From assembly GCA_043228905.1 (NCBI GenBank), contig JBHGNT010000008.1, forward strand, positions 16,306,001-16,370,000: 64,000 nucleotides of DNA, read 5' to 3'. Made by a program: the position numbers and the translations under genes. Source of the stretch: Azolla caroliniana (taxonomy: Eukaryota; Plantae; Polypodiophyta). This document shows positions 36,737 to 52,100 of the stretch, one piece after another. The notes beneath the pieces are model-generated. The model saw only the letters and a program-made list of their open reading frames with translations, did no database searches and was not told where the DNA came from. The number at the start of each line of letters is the position of its first letter. Position 1 is the stretch's first letter.

Positions 36737-37128
36737 GGGAGAGAGAGAGGGAGGGATTTGGGGTATACGGAGCAGGTAAATCATCTTCTGATGTACAGAT
36801 TAGCGTCAGACGGCAACAGAGGCGAAAATGGAGGTCCGAAAGACTTATGTGACCTCTCCTTTTGCGAGCTTTTTAATCAGAGGAATGCAAAAAGGTTAGT
36901 AGTACGTGGTGAATGTTCTCTTTGCCAAAAAAACCATAAAAACATAGTTAGCTTCGAGGAATTGTCATTTCTGTACTCGAATTAGCATAATTAGTAAGGG
37001 AAGAAAGACACAAGTGCCGGATCCAAGGTAGGAGGAGAAGAAGAAGGAACATCACGATGATGAGCATATTGAAGGTGAATTTCATGTAAAAAAGAAGAAT
37101 AAGAATAAGAAGAAGAAGAAGAAGAAGA

Positions 37129-37160
<32 letters not shown>

Positions 37161-37169
37161 AAGACTATC

Positions 37170-40100
37170 ATGACGACGAGCATATCGAAGGTGAAATTCA
37201 TGTGCAGTTCTGGAGGTAAGATACTACCTCGCCCATCTGATATGAAACTGCGATACGTTGGTGGTGAGACACGGATGATCTCTGTTGGTCGTCACACTGT
37301 TTATAATGCTTTCCTTGACAAAATGACAGAGATCTATGGTCCCGACATTGTGTTTCGGTATCAGTTACCTGAAGAGGATCTTGATGCCCTTGTCTCTGTT
37401 TCATGTGACGAAGATCTAGAGAATATGATGGAGGAATGTGATCGTCTGAGTTTGATAGGCGGCTCATCTAAGCTACGAGTTTTTGTCTTTTCAACATCTG
37501 ATCTTGATGTGACTGATTTGCAAGATATGTCTCTAGACCATAAAACTTCGGAACAGAAATTCGTGGATGCAGTAAATGCTATGGCAGCCATTGACATAGC
37601 AAGCTCTGGAATGCATAACAAGTTTCCTGTGATTGCAGAAGGGGCCATAGGCCCAAGTTATAACATGAATGATGCATATGAGGTATGGAATGGAGTTGAA
37701 AGGCAAGGCAGACCCGTTTCTCTTATTAGAAAAAACCCTCAATCCGATGTTTGGCTTGCAGAGGGGGCTTTACCATTCGAAACATTTCGTAGATTTGACG
37801 ACAATCCTACAAACCATGGCCAACATCCATTTCCGCTGCTTCCTCATGAAACCATTGCAAACCAACAGCATGGGTTTATTGGTAATTCGGTTTCTCCACC
37901 AGATTCATATAACAACATAGATATGTATAGTGGTGCTGTGGGTATGAATGATTTTTATGATTTAGAGAATGTGGGTGCAGTTCCCTCTTCTCAATATGAA
38001 CCCAAAAGCAAATTTCTAGCAGATCGGCGAAGCCCATTAGCAAGTTCCCTAATACAACCTCAGGAAGAAAAGTTAACAATATACCATAATGAGCACAATG
38101 ATGAAGAGAGAAGGGACCCTGGAATTAGCATGGATTTTGGCGTAAACCTTAGAGACGGAAAGCTTTTAGACCTTGATGATTTCAAGAGTTCAGATGCTCA
38201 ACTACATGGTGATCAATTTTCATTGTCTCCTGGTGCATTTCTGCAGAAACAACTACATGAAAATCACCATCCAGTGGCAAAGCATTCTAAGAACCTACCA
38301 TTTGCTGACAGTGGTGAACCACTTGCCACAGTAGATGACTTGAAACAACATGAAGTGAATAGAAAAGCTTTAAATGAACATGGTGGTGATTATGAGTGGG
38401 ATCGTTTCCCTATCTATGATGCTTCTCCTGCTTCAGATCTGGCAACTACAGACATTGGAGGAGCTCTGCGTACACAATCCTTCATTGAAACTGAAGTGAA
38501 TTCACTTTCATCTCCTTCTATTGAGAAAATAAAAAATGACAGGAGGTTGCAACAGGGGATAGGAGGTATACATCAGCGACCCTTGGCAACAAATCCTGCG
38601 ATGATATCTTTAGATGAAGGGCAACAACCAGATATAGATTCACAAGATTTTCCTGATCATATGACAATTCATGGTGAGAATAATGAGAAATTTATCCATT
38701 TACAATGGAATCCTAAAGATCCATTTTTGAGCTCAGAGAACTATGAAGAAGATATTCTAAACCTGAATAATCGCCAAGTATGGTCACAGGTTCCTGAGAC
38801 TTACTCTGATAGCTCCTCAAATCTCATTCCTTCTCGTATTCATAAAGTTGATGATAAAGACTTCCTAACTTATGTGGATAGATTTCAGTCTCAATCAATT
38901 CCATATTCACAACAAGAGCAACCAGGGAAAAATACAACGCGTAAGGCATTGGAATCTGAGACCGAAAATATCAAAGAGGCTTCCTTGTCATCGGTCATGG
39001 ATGATTTTCCAGCATTAGACATGATTTCAAACTTGCTCCGTTCATCTTCACGGGCTGATTGCATACCAGCAAAAAGCTCAACAGAAGGGAGTCTTGGATC
39101 AGATAAGACAGGTGAAAGAGAGACAGAAGGACATCTCAAACTGTCTGATAAAGCAACCTTTGATGATGGAGGACTTAAAATGATTCATGATGCTTTACCT
39201 TCAAAGGAGGAGTTTGACATAATAATGTCAACGACATTTGTGGATACCTTAAATGAAGAAATACCTAGAGAAGATTTTTCACCGATTAGAGATACCATAA
39301 CCCCTGTGGCTGTGCCTTGTCTTGCTGGCACACCACCTACAACTTCTTTAATTGACACATGGGATGAATGCGAGAAAAATGATGTAGTTCCACAACATGT
39401 GATGCATGAAATACCTGGGGAAGATCAGATTGATTTGGTATCTGATGTTAGTAAAGAAACTGTCCCTGAGGTATGTGAGATAGGAAAAAAGATTTACTCA
39501 TCTTCTTCTCCGAACCTGTTAAAAAAGAGAAAAATTCTATGCAGGAGTACAGAGTGGAGTTGGAAGAAACTGACGAATTCAAGTCTTTTGGTAATGTGTC
39601 AACAGATCCTGTGACTCTTGCAGAGGCAGAGGCGATATCTCGTGGTTTACAGGTGAGAACTTATTCGAGTTTTACTGCTATGCATTTTCTCTTGTATTCA
39701 CTAATTGTATACATGTCATACATGGATCTTCAGATAATAAGAAACAGTGATCTGGAAGAACTAAGAGAACTAGGATCTGGCACATTTGGTACAGTTTATC
39801 ATGGGAAATGGAGGGGCACAGATGTTGCAATCAAACGGATTAAAGCCAGTTGTTTTTCTGGTCGAGAAGCAGATAGAGACCGACTGGTTTGTATTCTGTT
39901 AGCTGAAGAAGTCTAACAATATTATTCGGCATGCAATTTCAGTAAGTGATTGTATGATGCGATGAACTTGTAGATGGCTGACTTTTGGCGTGAAGCATAT
40001 ATCCTTGGAAAATTACACCATCCCAATGTGGTTGCATTTTACGGTGTCGTACCTGATGGTCCTGGTGGGACTCTAGCTACTGTGACAGAATACATGGTTA

Positions 40101-43100
40101 ATGGTTCATTGAAGCAGGTTTTACAGAGTAAAGACAGGTACAGTGTCAGGATATTTTGCGTGTAAAGATTAAACAATCACGAAGTAATGCTTACATGCAT
40201 GTATGCTGACTTGGATACTATTGGGCAGGACATTAGATAGACGCAAACGTTTGCTTATTGCAATGGATGCAGCATTTGGGATGGAGTATTTGCATGCGAA
40301 AAATGTGGTTCATTTTGATATAAAATGTGAAAATCTTCTTGTCAATCTACGAGACACACAACGACCTATCTGTAAGGTTATAATCTGGGAACCTTTCATC
40401 TCAATCATAATGTATTTTGTATGATCAATGCAATGAAAAGTATTTTTTTGCGTTTTACCTTTGCTTGAGGAGATGGTTTGAAGTAGCTCATCCATTGACA
40501 TCATCAATCGTTGCTGAGAAACATGATGCTAGCACAATTGCATCTTTATCAGAAAGTGATCTTTTGCAGAAAGTGGTCATATATGCTTTATGGAGTAGGA
40601 AGTCATGAAAACTGGTGGGATAGAAAAATGTTGAGAATAACACAACCAACAAATTGACTGTGTTCAACAACTGGAGATGAGAATTATGATGATGCCTTCA
40701 CATCCAAAGAATGGTGGGGAATACACTTGAGGGGATCATTGATGAGTTGAGCACATATTTTTGGCTGTCACAACTTCATCCTTCTATAGTGTCCATAAGT
40801 TTTTCGTGTGGCCATGAGAGTTTTTTTTGTAAGTTGTTAATTCATAATTATTTCAGTTGGTGATTCAGTTGATGTTTAAGTGGAACCAATAAAATCAATA
40901 CTTTTTGTCAAAAACAAAAAAAGAAATAGAGGGTTCATGATAGATAGACATAATTTATTAGAGACATAGAGAGTGGAATATCTAGACTACGTTAAAGGTA
41001 AAGAGGGATGTTTGAGGGAGCAGCTATTGACTGATGATGTTCAGCAAACAAGACTGTAGTAGAGATGAGAGTAGAGGCACAGATTTTTGGGTGTACCCAA
41101 CTGCCTTGATTGGTACACAAGAAACAAAGGTTATTATATTAGTTAACCCTACAAAGAAAGCGGTGTGTTCACATTACAAAAGGAGGTGTCCTGTCCAGGT
41201 GAACAATGTGTTCACATATACGAATAATTACCTAATTTGTGAACTATGGGCCTTTACACCTAACTACCTCCCACTTAAAGGTCCGATGTGAACATTCAAG
41301 TAACTCCCACTAACTGTACGCAATGCTCATGTTGAGCTTTGCCAAGACTTTTGGTGAGAATATCTACAGGATTATCCTGTGTTTTGATCTTGGTCAATGT
41401 GACTAGACCATCCTCCAAAACTTGTCTGATAAAGTGATGTCGCACATCAATGTGTTTAGTGCACGAATGAAACATGGCATTCTTAGCCAGATACACAGCA
41501 CTCTGGCTATCACATCCTAACACAAGAGTACTAACAGACATGCCAAGATCTTCAGCAAGTCTGCTGAGCCATATAGCTTCCTTTGAAGCTTCTGTAGCTG
41601 AAATATATTCAGCTTCAGTAGTACTCAGTGCTACAATCTTTTGCAATTTGGAGCACCAAGACATTGCTCCACCAGCAACCGTAAATATATACCCGCTAGT
41701 AGACTTCTGTGTATCCAAGTCACCTGCCACGTCTGCATCACAATATCCCTGCAAACTTAATGCACCCTTCCCATAGCATAAACTTTCTTTGTGTACCTTT
41801 AAGATACCTGAAAACACACTTGACAGCCTCCCAATGTGCTTTGCCGGGATTAGACATATAGCGACTGACAACTCCCACTGCATAAGCAATATCTGGATGA
41901 GTAGCTACCATAGCATACGTTAGAGAACCACATGCTGATGCATAAGGAATTCCCTTCATAGCATTTATTTCCATCTCATCCTTTGGACAATCAGCCTTTC
42001 TAAGTTTAAGATATGGTGGTAAAGGAACTCCAAGAGACTTTGCTTTTGCCATATTAAATCTGTTAAGCACTTTTTCAATGTACTTTTCTTGTGACAAATA
42101 TAACAAATTGTCCTTTCTGTTTCTACTAATTCTCATGCCCAAAATATGCTATGCATTTCCCAAATCTTTCATAGAGAAGACCGATTTCAATTGATCTTTT
42201 AGAGCATCAAGACTAGTCTTTCTTTTCCCAGCTAGCAACATATCATCCACATATAGAACAAGTATGATGGGACTATCATCAATATCCTTTTTCGTGTATA
42301 AACAATGATCTGCATAGCTACGATCAAAGCCTTGAGAAAGCATAAAAGTATCAAACTTCTTATACCATTGTCGTGGTGCTTGTTTTAGGCCATACAAGCT
42401 ACGTTTTAGTTTGCATACCAAATGCTCCTTGTTAGGGACTACAAAACCCTTAGGTTGTTTCATGTAGATCTCTTCATCAATATCACCATGCAAAAAAGCG
42501 GTCTTTACATCCATTTGGTACAACTCCAAATTAAGCATTGCAGTGAGAGCAAATAGCACACGAAGTGTGGTCATCTTCACAACAGGAGAGAAGACCTCTT
42601 GGAAGTCAATACCTTCCTTCCGTGCATAACCCTTGGCAACTAATCTTGCCTTGTATTTTGGTTTCCCTTCAATTTTCTTTACCTTATAAACCCACTTATT
42701 TGGAAGAGCTTTCCTTCCTTGAGGTAAGGACACAAGATCCCATGTATCATTTGCATATAAAGATTTTATTTCTTCTTGCATTGCAAGCTCCCACTTACTG
42801 CTAAGTTCACATGACATTGCCTCCTTATAAGTAAGAGGTTCACCCTCATCTGATAGCATGACATAATGCAAAGAGGGGTCATATCCATATACTTGCCTCC
42901 TTGAACGATTAGACCTACGTACCCAATGATCAGTATTTTCTGGGATTGGTTCTAAATCTGGAGGAAAATCAGTTTCAACACTTTCTGGCTCTTGCAAACC
43001 ATGTCCAACATGTTGTTCGACATCTATATTTTGTTCTTCAGTACCTTCATCTCGTTGACCAATACCTTCATGAGCATCTCTTTGCTGTGCAACTTCTTCT

Positions 43101-46100
43101 GGCTCAAAGATAACCGGTCAATCATCATATTCAACCTTTGGTATATCATCATGAGGTTTATTTTCAGATTTTGTGGATGGCTGTAATTGCTGAAATGGAA
43201 CGCCCTTAGAGTTCCCAACAGAGGAACAAGCATTTTTCAGCAATTTTTCTTCATTAAAAACAACATCCCGGCTGCGTACAATTTTTCTGGACTGAGGTAA
43301 CCAAATCCTATAGCCCATTTCACCTTCATCACCGTAGCCCATAAAAATGCCCATGGTGGACTTAGCATCGATTGAGCTTATTTCTCAGCTCACTTCTAAT
43401 GTGTACAAATACAAATGCATCACAACCGAAAATTCGTAAATGGTCATATGAGGCTGGTTTGCCAGACCAAACCTCCTCAGGGATTCCATTCTTTAAAGAC
43501 TTGTTGGGAGAACGATTACATATATGAACTGCGGGTTTTAATGCTTCTCCCCAAAATTCATGAGGGAGATTAGCTGTGGACAGCATGCACCGTACTCGCT
43601 CACACAAGGTCCTATTATATCTTTCTGCCACCCCATTTGATGAAGGGTTATATGGAGCTGTAAGCTCTCTTTTAATACCATGTAAGTCACAATAGAACTT
43701 AAATTCTGCAGATGTAAACTTACCCCCATTATCTGTTCTGAGACATTCCAGTTTTGTCCCTTTTTGGGTAGTCACAAATGCATTAAATGCATGAAAAGGT
43801 TTAAATGCATCACCTTTCTTTTTCATCAAGTACACCCAAATCTTCCTAGAATAATCATCGATAAAGGAAATAAAATATGCAACACCGCCCAAGGATTTTA
43901 CAGGCATGCTACATACATCAGAATGCACCAAATCTAGCACATTTGGGTTATGAGAGATACTAGAATAATAAGAATTTCTCACTTGTTTGCCAAATAGACA
44001 ATCATTACAAAAACCCAGCTTTGATCCTTTTAACATCAAATCTTTTTAGAGTAGAAAGGACATCAAGTCCTTTTTGGCTCATATGTCCTAATCTCTTATG
44101 CCAAAGCTCTAAACGAGAGTCAAATTCAGCAATAGCAAGAAACCTTCCAGGTAAAGCTTTACATTGCAAACAGTACAGAGTGCCCTTTTTGCAACCTTTC
44201 ACAATAACCTTAGATCCTTTCTTTAGTTTCCGCAATCCACCACTGAATAATGTGGTGTAACCATGCAAATCCATTTGTCCTACAGATAGCAAACTTTTCT
44301 TAATGCCAGGTACATACCTAACATCTTTGAGCACGAGCTCTTGACCATTATCCAAAGACAAGTGTATGGTTCCAATACCATCAATATTGTAAGCACTATT
44401 GTTACCAAGATAAACTTTTCCATAATTGCCTGTGTCAAATGTGGTAAAGCACTCCAAACATGGAGTAACATGAAAAGAAGCCCCAGAGTCTACTATCCAT
44501 GTCTGTGTCAATCCATCATCAATTGACAATAAAGCATCAATAACATCCGTTTTGGTGATTTGCATGTCTTGAACATGAGCTATGAAGGTATCACCTGTAA
44601 TGCAAAGTACATCACCATCTTCACTAGATAGGTCTTCAATGATAACATTTGAAGTCATATTAGCTTTCTCTGTTGTATTAAATTTATCATCTTTATTTTT
44701 CTTCTCTCCTACATTCTTCTTCCTTTCTAGTTCCATCTTCAAATATCTACAATTAGGTTTCTTATGACCTTTACGGCCACACTGATAACATGTGATATCT
44801 TGTTGCTTTCCTTTCCCTCTACTCTTACTTCTATTTCTTTGTCCTACATTTAGGTTCCTCTTATCATATCTCCTCCTAATATTGTATGCTGAACCACTAC
44901 CTTCTCCGCTAGATTGTCTTCTAAATCTCTTCACTGAGAATAGAGCCCCGCACACCATCGAAGGTCAAGGTGGGGCTATTAGATAGTGAAACAACTAATG
45001 TTTCCCACGAATCAGGTAAAGTCATAAGTAAGAAAATAGCTTTGAGCTTGTCATCAAAAGCTGGTAATCCCGAATCTTGTAGTTGGGAGAGAGTACATGT
45101 GAATAATGATAGATGCTCTGTTGCACCTTTCGACTCATCAAGCCTCATACTGACAAGTTTTCTCATCAAATGCACCTGATTCACAGGAGTAGTATTCTCG
45201 TAAGTTGTCTTAAGTTTCTCCCAAACTTGATGGGCAGTAATCAAGCCCTTTATATCTACAAGAATTTCATCAGAAACAACCATTTTAATATATGTAATGG
45301 CTTTCTTATTCAGAGTGTTCCAAGCATCATTTTCCATGCTCTCTGGTTTCTTTTCCACGAGAGCATCTTCACAATCCCTCAGAAAGAGGATGCCCAGCAT
45401 ACACTCTTTCCATAATTCGAAACCTTTTCCATTAAATCTCTTGATTTCAAAGAGGTTTTTCATTTCAGTTGAAGTGGAGGCTATTGCTCCCAAGATTTAT
45501 GACAAATGCCTTCAGAAAATTGAGCAAAATACCAATAGGAAAGGGTTTGACAGAAATTTTTTATTTATTTTAAAAACTGTGTTTTCTGTTGATTCTGAAT
45601 CTAAAAAAAACAGCAAAGCAGAGGAAAGAGATTTGGCTCTGATACCAGTTAAAGGTAAAGAGGGATGTTTGAGGGAGCAGCTATTGACTGATGATGTTCA
45701 GCAAACAAGACTGTAGTAGAGATGAGAGTAGAGGCACAGATTTTTGGGTGTACCCAACCACCTTGATTGGTACACAAGAAACAAAGGTTATTATATTAGT
45801 TAACCCTACAAAGAAAGCGGTGTGTTCACATTACAAACATACGGGCCTTTACACCTAACATACGTTTGCTATCTTGATATCAGTTGCTGGATAGTTTATT
45901 TCAGAGGCAAACTGTGCACACAGGCTTACGGCTGGTTATCTGGGTGGTCAGAACAGTTGATTATCCCACTTGTGGAATGTGAGGATCTTGTGCTGGATTT
46001 TACCAGCTCATTGCCTATGGCGCTATCCACCTACCCATGAACTAGTCTACTGAACTCCCATGCTGGCTTGCACACTGGATATATCTTCGGTGATCAGCTC

Positions 46101-49100
46101 TTCAGTTATGATATAAATGGAGTGTACATTTATTCTATGGGGAGATTTCTATGGACCCAATCTTCATGCTCTCCACTACTGAATACTCTGGATGCATCTT
46201 AGATACATTATATTCTTAAGAGATCATTATCATGGAGAATTTTCTGTATAGCTGATAGCAGCATTACTTCGTGGTGTATTTGAAGAGTAGTTACACTTAG
46301 ATTCTAGATGGCAAAACTCATTCCATCTTGGGGAGACTTTTCAGTGTATGGTTTGAACTCATTCACACCTTGAGGAGTCAATAGGATGCTTCAGCTGGAT
46401 TGTCGAGGGAAGAAGAGGAAAGAAGGCAGACTTTCCTGGCTTCCTGGAGGCAATCTTAGCTTTTCTTTGATTTATCTCTTGAAGATATTATTGTGTGCTC
46501 ATTCACAGCTTTAGGATTCTATAGGATGGTTGAGCTGGATCATTGAGTGAAGTAGAGGAAAGAAGGCAGGCTTCCCTTTGCTTCGTGGAGGCAGTCTTAG
46601 CTTTTCTTTGATTTGTTTCTTGAAGATATTACTTCGTAGCAGTATTCTCATCCACTGGTTTAATCGGTCTGGCTTCCATCACCATTGACTGATGTCTGAG
46701 TTGTCCTTGTGACAGTACTTGTATATACTGTTGATGTACAATAATCAGAATTAGACTGCTTGGCAATTTAATTGGTTTTTTTGTACAGTTAATATATAAC
46801 TGTATTTCTTTGAAAAAAAAGAACTTTAAATTTAGATCATGAAATGAGCCCAAGAGGGTTGCTTGGTACCACTTGTGTGTAATGGTGGGCTTGGAATAGG
46901 ATTGATAGGAGAAAGAAAACGGCTGAGATGTAGAGGAAATAGAGAGAGAAAATACACCTAGGTTTTTTTAGCCCCCAAAATACAAAATGTTTTAGGGGCA
47001 ATAGTATATTGTTTTATTAAAATGTGTTTTTAGAGCACTTGGGCCAGTTTGCACTGACCAAGTGACCTGAATATGTCTTAAGAGGCTCTTAAAAAGTGTT
47101 AATAGTGTGAAAGGGCCATTATAAATGTACCATTGAAAAGTTCTTGAACCTTTATAACCAACAACCTCCTGACTAAAGCGCCAAGGAGGCTCCTTTAAGC
47201 TATGTTTCTTAAACTAGCAGAACACAATGTGGTGTTGTGCCCTTCAGAGGTATTTAGTGATCATCTGCATGATTTTTCCTAGTGCTGATTTTATGCAATG
47301 AGCCGAGTTCCTCCTCTATCACCTCCTTGATGAAGTCATACTACACATCAATGTGCTCAGTGCATGCATGAAACATGGTGTTCGTACCCAAGGATATGGC
47401 ATTCTGGCTATAACAATGTAGGACTGGTATCCCTTTATGTAGACTAAACTCATTGGTTGTAACAAAGTTCATTTTGCATTTGAATACCTGCAAAAGGTAG
47501 GTATTTATGGGATTCCTCATGTTTTAGACCTGTTCTCACCATGAAACTTCTTCAAGAAGCATCAAGTGTTTGTAGAACTGAATCAGCAGCAACACTCTTT
47601 TGTTTGCAATGCCTTTGTCATGAGAGATATACCTTGTCTCTAATACCAATTGAAAGGTCATCAAGAGGTTTGTTTTGGTACCACATGTTGTGATGGTGGA
47701 CTGGGAAGAGAGAGAAAGAAAGAAAGAAGAAAGACCAAATAAGAGATTACATCTTAAGTGTTGTCTCGTCTTTGAGAACAAATCAAAATAAAATAAATAT
47801 TGCACAGTAAATATAAAAGTAAATAACATGAAAAGAAAATTAATGAGGGAATCTGGTTTTTGGCACATGTGAGATCCTCAAGTTAGGTATATTGTAGCTT
47901 TTGTCTTCGAAAGATCTCTAGCATAGGTCGATCCAAAATGGAAATGTCTTTGAAGCGAGGGAAGCACCTACAATGGCGGGAGATAATGGCTTTTATCTGT
48001 CGATGACAAGGGTGTCGAGGTCATGGTCCATGGGGCCGAGGCCTATGTGCATGGCAAAGAGAGAGAGAGAGAGAGAGATTATATTATTGTCTTCGGAGGT
48101 CAAATATGACCTATGAGACCAAAAATATTACATTTCACGTGATACGTGTGAAGGTGAGTAGCGACTCTCGATTTTCAAGAACTTTACCAATGAATGTTGC
48201 AATCGAGAGTGCACATTGTGGTTGTGAGAAATTCGTGCAAGAATTGGGCTCGATCGAAGAGATGTGGAAAGCATGGTCGAATATGATCAAAGGCAGAGCA
48301 TTGTATCAAAGTGTGATACTCAGACTCTCAAACTTGTTTAGGGCAAAGTGTGCATAGTTGGCCACTCTCATCACTTGTGCCCCAACGCCCTGTCTCACAT
48401 CTCAATGCATGTGAGCTAAGTCGCATGTAAGAAATGGTTCGAATGGCAGATATCGGGATGGGCTCTAACATGTATCGATGTGTACCTTCCTTGTTCCGCA
48501 AAGAATATGGTTTTGTAGTTAGGTGCAACATTTGTAGTATAATGTGTGAAGCGTGAGCCACCACATTTGCCCCATGTCATGATACATTGGCGTTGCAAAA
48601 AGGCCTCATTTGCTGAGGAATCTAGTGACGCATCATGAAGCAAGTGTCTATCATCCCATCTACCAAACCATTTTTCTAAATCTTGCATCCAACTGGAACA
48701 CAAAATTTTGCTTTTATGCGTCTTTTGGATCTTTTTGCTTGCTTCCCATGCAATTCTAGGAAGTCGATGTGAGGGTCTTTTTTGAACCTTAAGCATGTAT
48801 TCTACAACCCTTTCCATGGCCATGATCTCAATGGGAAGCGATCCCGTCTCAAGGAGGAGGGTGTAGGGCGTTTGTTTCTTAACTTGTAGAAACTTTGTAA
48901 GAAAACGTTTTTGGACATTTGAGAGAGAGAGAGAGATGAGGGTATTTGGATCCCCCAAAATGTAAAACTTTTTTGGGAAAAAAATTTTGTTTTATTAAAA
49001 TGCATTTTTAGGGCACTTGATTCAGTTCACATTTGCCAAGTGACCCAAATATGTCCTAGAAGCTCTTAAGAGAGTTATAGTATGAACGAGTCTTTATGAA

Positions 49101-52100
49101 TCTACAAATGGAGAGCTTTTGAACCTTTATACCCAGCAGATCAATAATAGAGTTTGGTAGGCACAAAGATAAGTAACTATGATGGCCTGAGGGTTCTTTA
49201 CCAAAATCCACATGGCAAAGTCTGAGGCTATGGTTGGGGTGGTGAGGCCAAGGTTGCTGCTGAAGACTGACTGATGCTTAGAGGTGAGTCATGGCTACTA
49301 TAGGAACTATTGTGACACGATCTTGAAGATATCTGAGGGAAGATAATGATAGATGAGGCTAGAAGACACTGCGACTCATACTGATGGACAGTTGTGATAG
49401 CTATAAACTGAGCATAAAGAGATGTAGTTGATCAGGGCTTTGTGAATCTGAGCTACTATATCCTTTGCCTAGTTTGTTTCAGAGAGATACCATTCTTTTT
49501 CCAGTGATGGATTTGGATCCTTTGGGTGGAGTGGAGTACGGTTCCAAAGATGCTTAGGACATTTCTATCAGAGATAAGGAAAAAAGAGACAGTGAAATAC
49601 AAATGTCTCTGAATTATGATACTGGCATGTAAGACCTAACAAAGACCACAGCATAGAGACAATTTATATTAATGTCTTTGAAAGATCATCCTTTAAAATC
49701 GCTTCCTACAATTAGTATTTTTTGAATAGATGCAGACTGGAGTAACCTTTAGGCATTATATGGGTTGCTTGAAAGCACAATTACTACCCTATCAAGATAG
49801 ATAGATATATAGATATCTTTTTAGCATCCATAAAGAGGCCTATATTGACTGACCCATGGGACCCGAGTATACGATTTTTTGATGTGTGTCTTCGTCCTAA
49901 GAAGGAAATTCATACGAATCACAAAGTCTCTGCGTCAATAAGTCATACACATATGTGGTCAGCTTTCTAGGCTGTTTCTTAAAGTATGATACACTAGTCA
50001 TCACCCCCTCTTAATATGTCATTGTAGCTTTTAGGAACTGCACTACATGTTGAGCATGTAGAAAGCAAGTGACTCATCGTCTGCTAGGCCGTCATCCCAT
50101 ACCTTATATGCCTTCAATACCTAGCTTGTGTGAATTGAATGTGAAGGCTTTACAAGAATTAATACTCATGTTGGCAATGAAATAAGGTTGAATACAATTA
50201 TAGGCATTCTTGCCTTATAATGAACTCAACATTCAGGGTTGATGTTTGCAATGTAATACTCTAAATTTGCCATTTTAGAATCTTCCCGCTTCTTCCTTAG
50301 TGGTTCCATTGACCGTTCCTCCATATACATATTGCATAGCACCAGTTGAAAGCTTGAAGAGATCTCTGCACCCCATCTTTTGAACCATTTGTTGATGTCA
50401 GATACCCAACCAGATGAGGGAATTTTGTTTGTGATTTTTTTTCTGGATTACATTCAACAATTCAAGCAAGATGTGGCAATCTATGATTTGGCATATTCTT
50501 GACTTTTATAATGTATCTGTATACTATTTGTAGTGTTGAGACCTCTATGGGTCGAACACCTGTTTCCAAGAGTATAACCTTGCAGAAGGTGGCAGATTTT
50601 TCTCCCAATTGTCTCCTTTGAAATATCTTTTGAATATTCTCAATCTCATCCCATGCATTAAGAGGGATAGTGCCACCTCCTATTTTCACTCCATAAAGCA
50701 AGACTTGGGTTCCCATGCCATTAAATAACATTGATTTCACTTGCCATCCACAAGTATCACTTTGGTTGCATTGATTCTCTAACATGTAGTAACTTTTTCA
50801 AGATACTTAAAGCTTTGCACAAATTGTACATATTCTCCGTTATATGTAAGCATAGGGTATTGGTGAGGTTGATGGGGTGGAGAATGTGTCTTTGGTGTTA
50901 TGTAATAATGGCCTTGATCTTATGAATTGGTCACCACTTCTCTGAGCCGTGTTTGCACTTTGTCCAGTGCCACGTAAGTTGCATGGATATCTGACCGGTA
51001 GAGATTTGAGAGACAAGTGGAGTATATCTAAGGAATTAAGGCAGAGATGGATCGGTTGAGTAGATAGATATTAATAGGGAATTGAATAGAGGGAATATAA
51101 AAGAAACTGATTACAAAGACTAAACAAGAATTAAATAGATAGTTCCTTAATTATATAATATGGAAAAATTGATTACAATAGTTGAGCTATCACCCCACTA
51201 GAAAGCTTGTTGCTTTGTCATTCCTAAAGCCTTAGGGTTTATAGATGCTCCTTTAGGTGCATGCAATTGCTTTTGTTTTTTCCTATTCCCTCTTCAATTA
51301 AGTCTGAATTATCCTTTTTACACTTGCACACTATATGCCCTTTTTGAAGGGCATGTAGCTTTAGATCATGTGAAAGAAATAAAGGCTGAGGAGCGAGCAT
51401 CTGGAGGCTTGGTAATATTTATAGATTAAGGTTACAAGAGTGTTTATATCCCAGACATTAACATGTATGCTCTTCGATGTGGGATATAATTATTTTTCTC
51501 CTTTTCACACACCCTTACAAGCCATAGCTTTGGCTTGGTTTAGCCAGAGGGCACTTCTTGTGTGAAAAGCAACACAGCTGCAGGGCATTTGCTGTTATGG
51601 AACGAACTCTGAAATGCTCTATGCATGAGAAAATTACAAGAATAAGATTACAACACCTCAATGAAATATAACTAACAAGGTCTGCTAATGGCAGTAGATC
51701 TACCAAGCTGGATTTGTAATTATTGATTGTGCACCTTAAATACTGTACCATTACTTTATTTACCTGTTATCGTTGTCCATCTGTGACTACCTCTAGAGAG
51801 ATTTGTCTGAAACCAGGAGAGATAGAAGGCCTTTCCTGAAACAAAGATAATTTGAGATCTACAATTATTCAGGGTGTCATCAAGAAGCCCACAATATATA
51901 TAGAGTTGGGCAATTTTTTCCAGTGATTGTGTTAGGCATGAGCCATCGTTGTGAATTGTGCTACCCCAGCAAGATATAATTGAAGCCATAAGAAATGGGA
52001 GATTGTGACAGAAACCCATGGAAATTGCAGAATAGTCTTGGTAGGAATGGCTAAGGATGCGCTGGAAGCATATTTGCATTATCTTTTCAAAACGATCCAT

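Noticed and set aside
35906-36985. Several 60-160 aa ORFs upstream of the Raf-like kinase
   Set aside because: They lie in the GC-rich promoter and (CT)n/(GA)n 5'-UTR and have low-complexity products with no domains.
41020-41055. CTGATGA in the Copia LTR as a hammerhead or C-box
   Set aside because: It is followed by TGTTCAGCAAAC, with no GAAA core or flanking stems, and there is no convincing D box or terminal stem.
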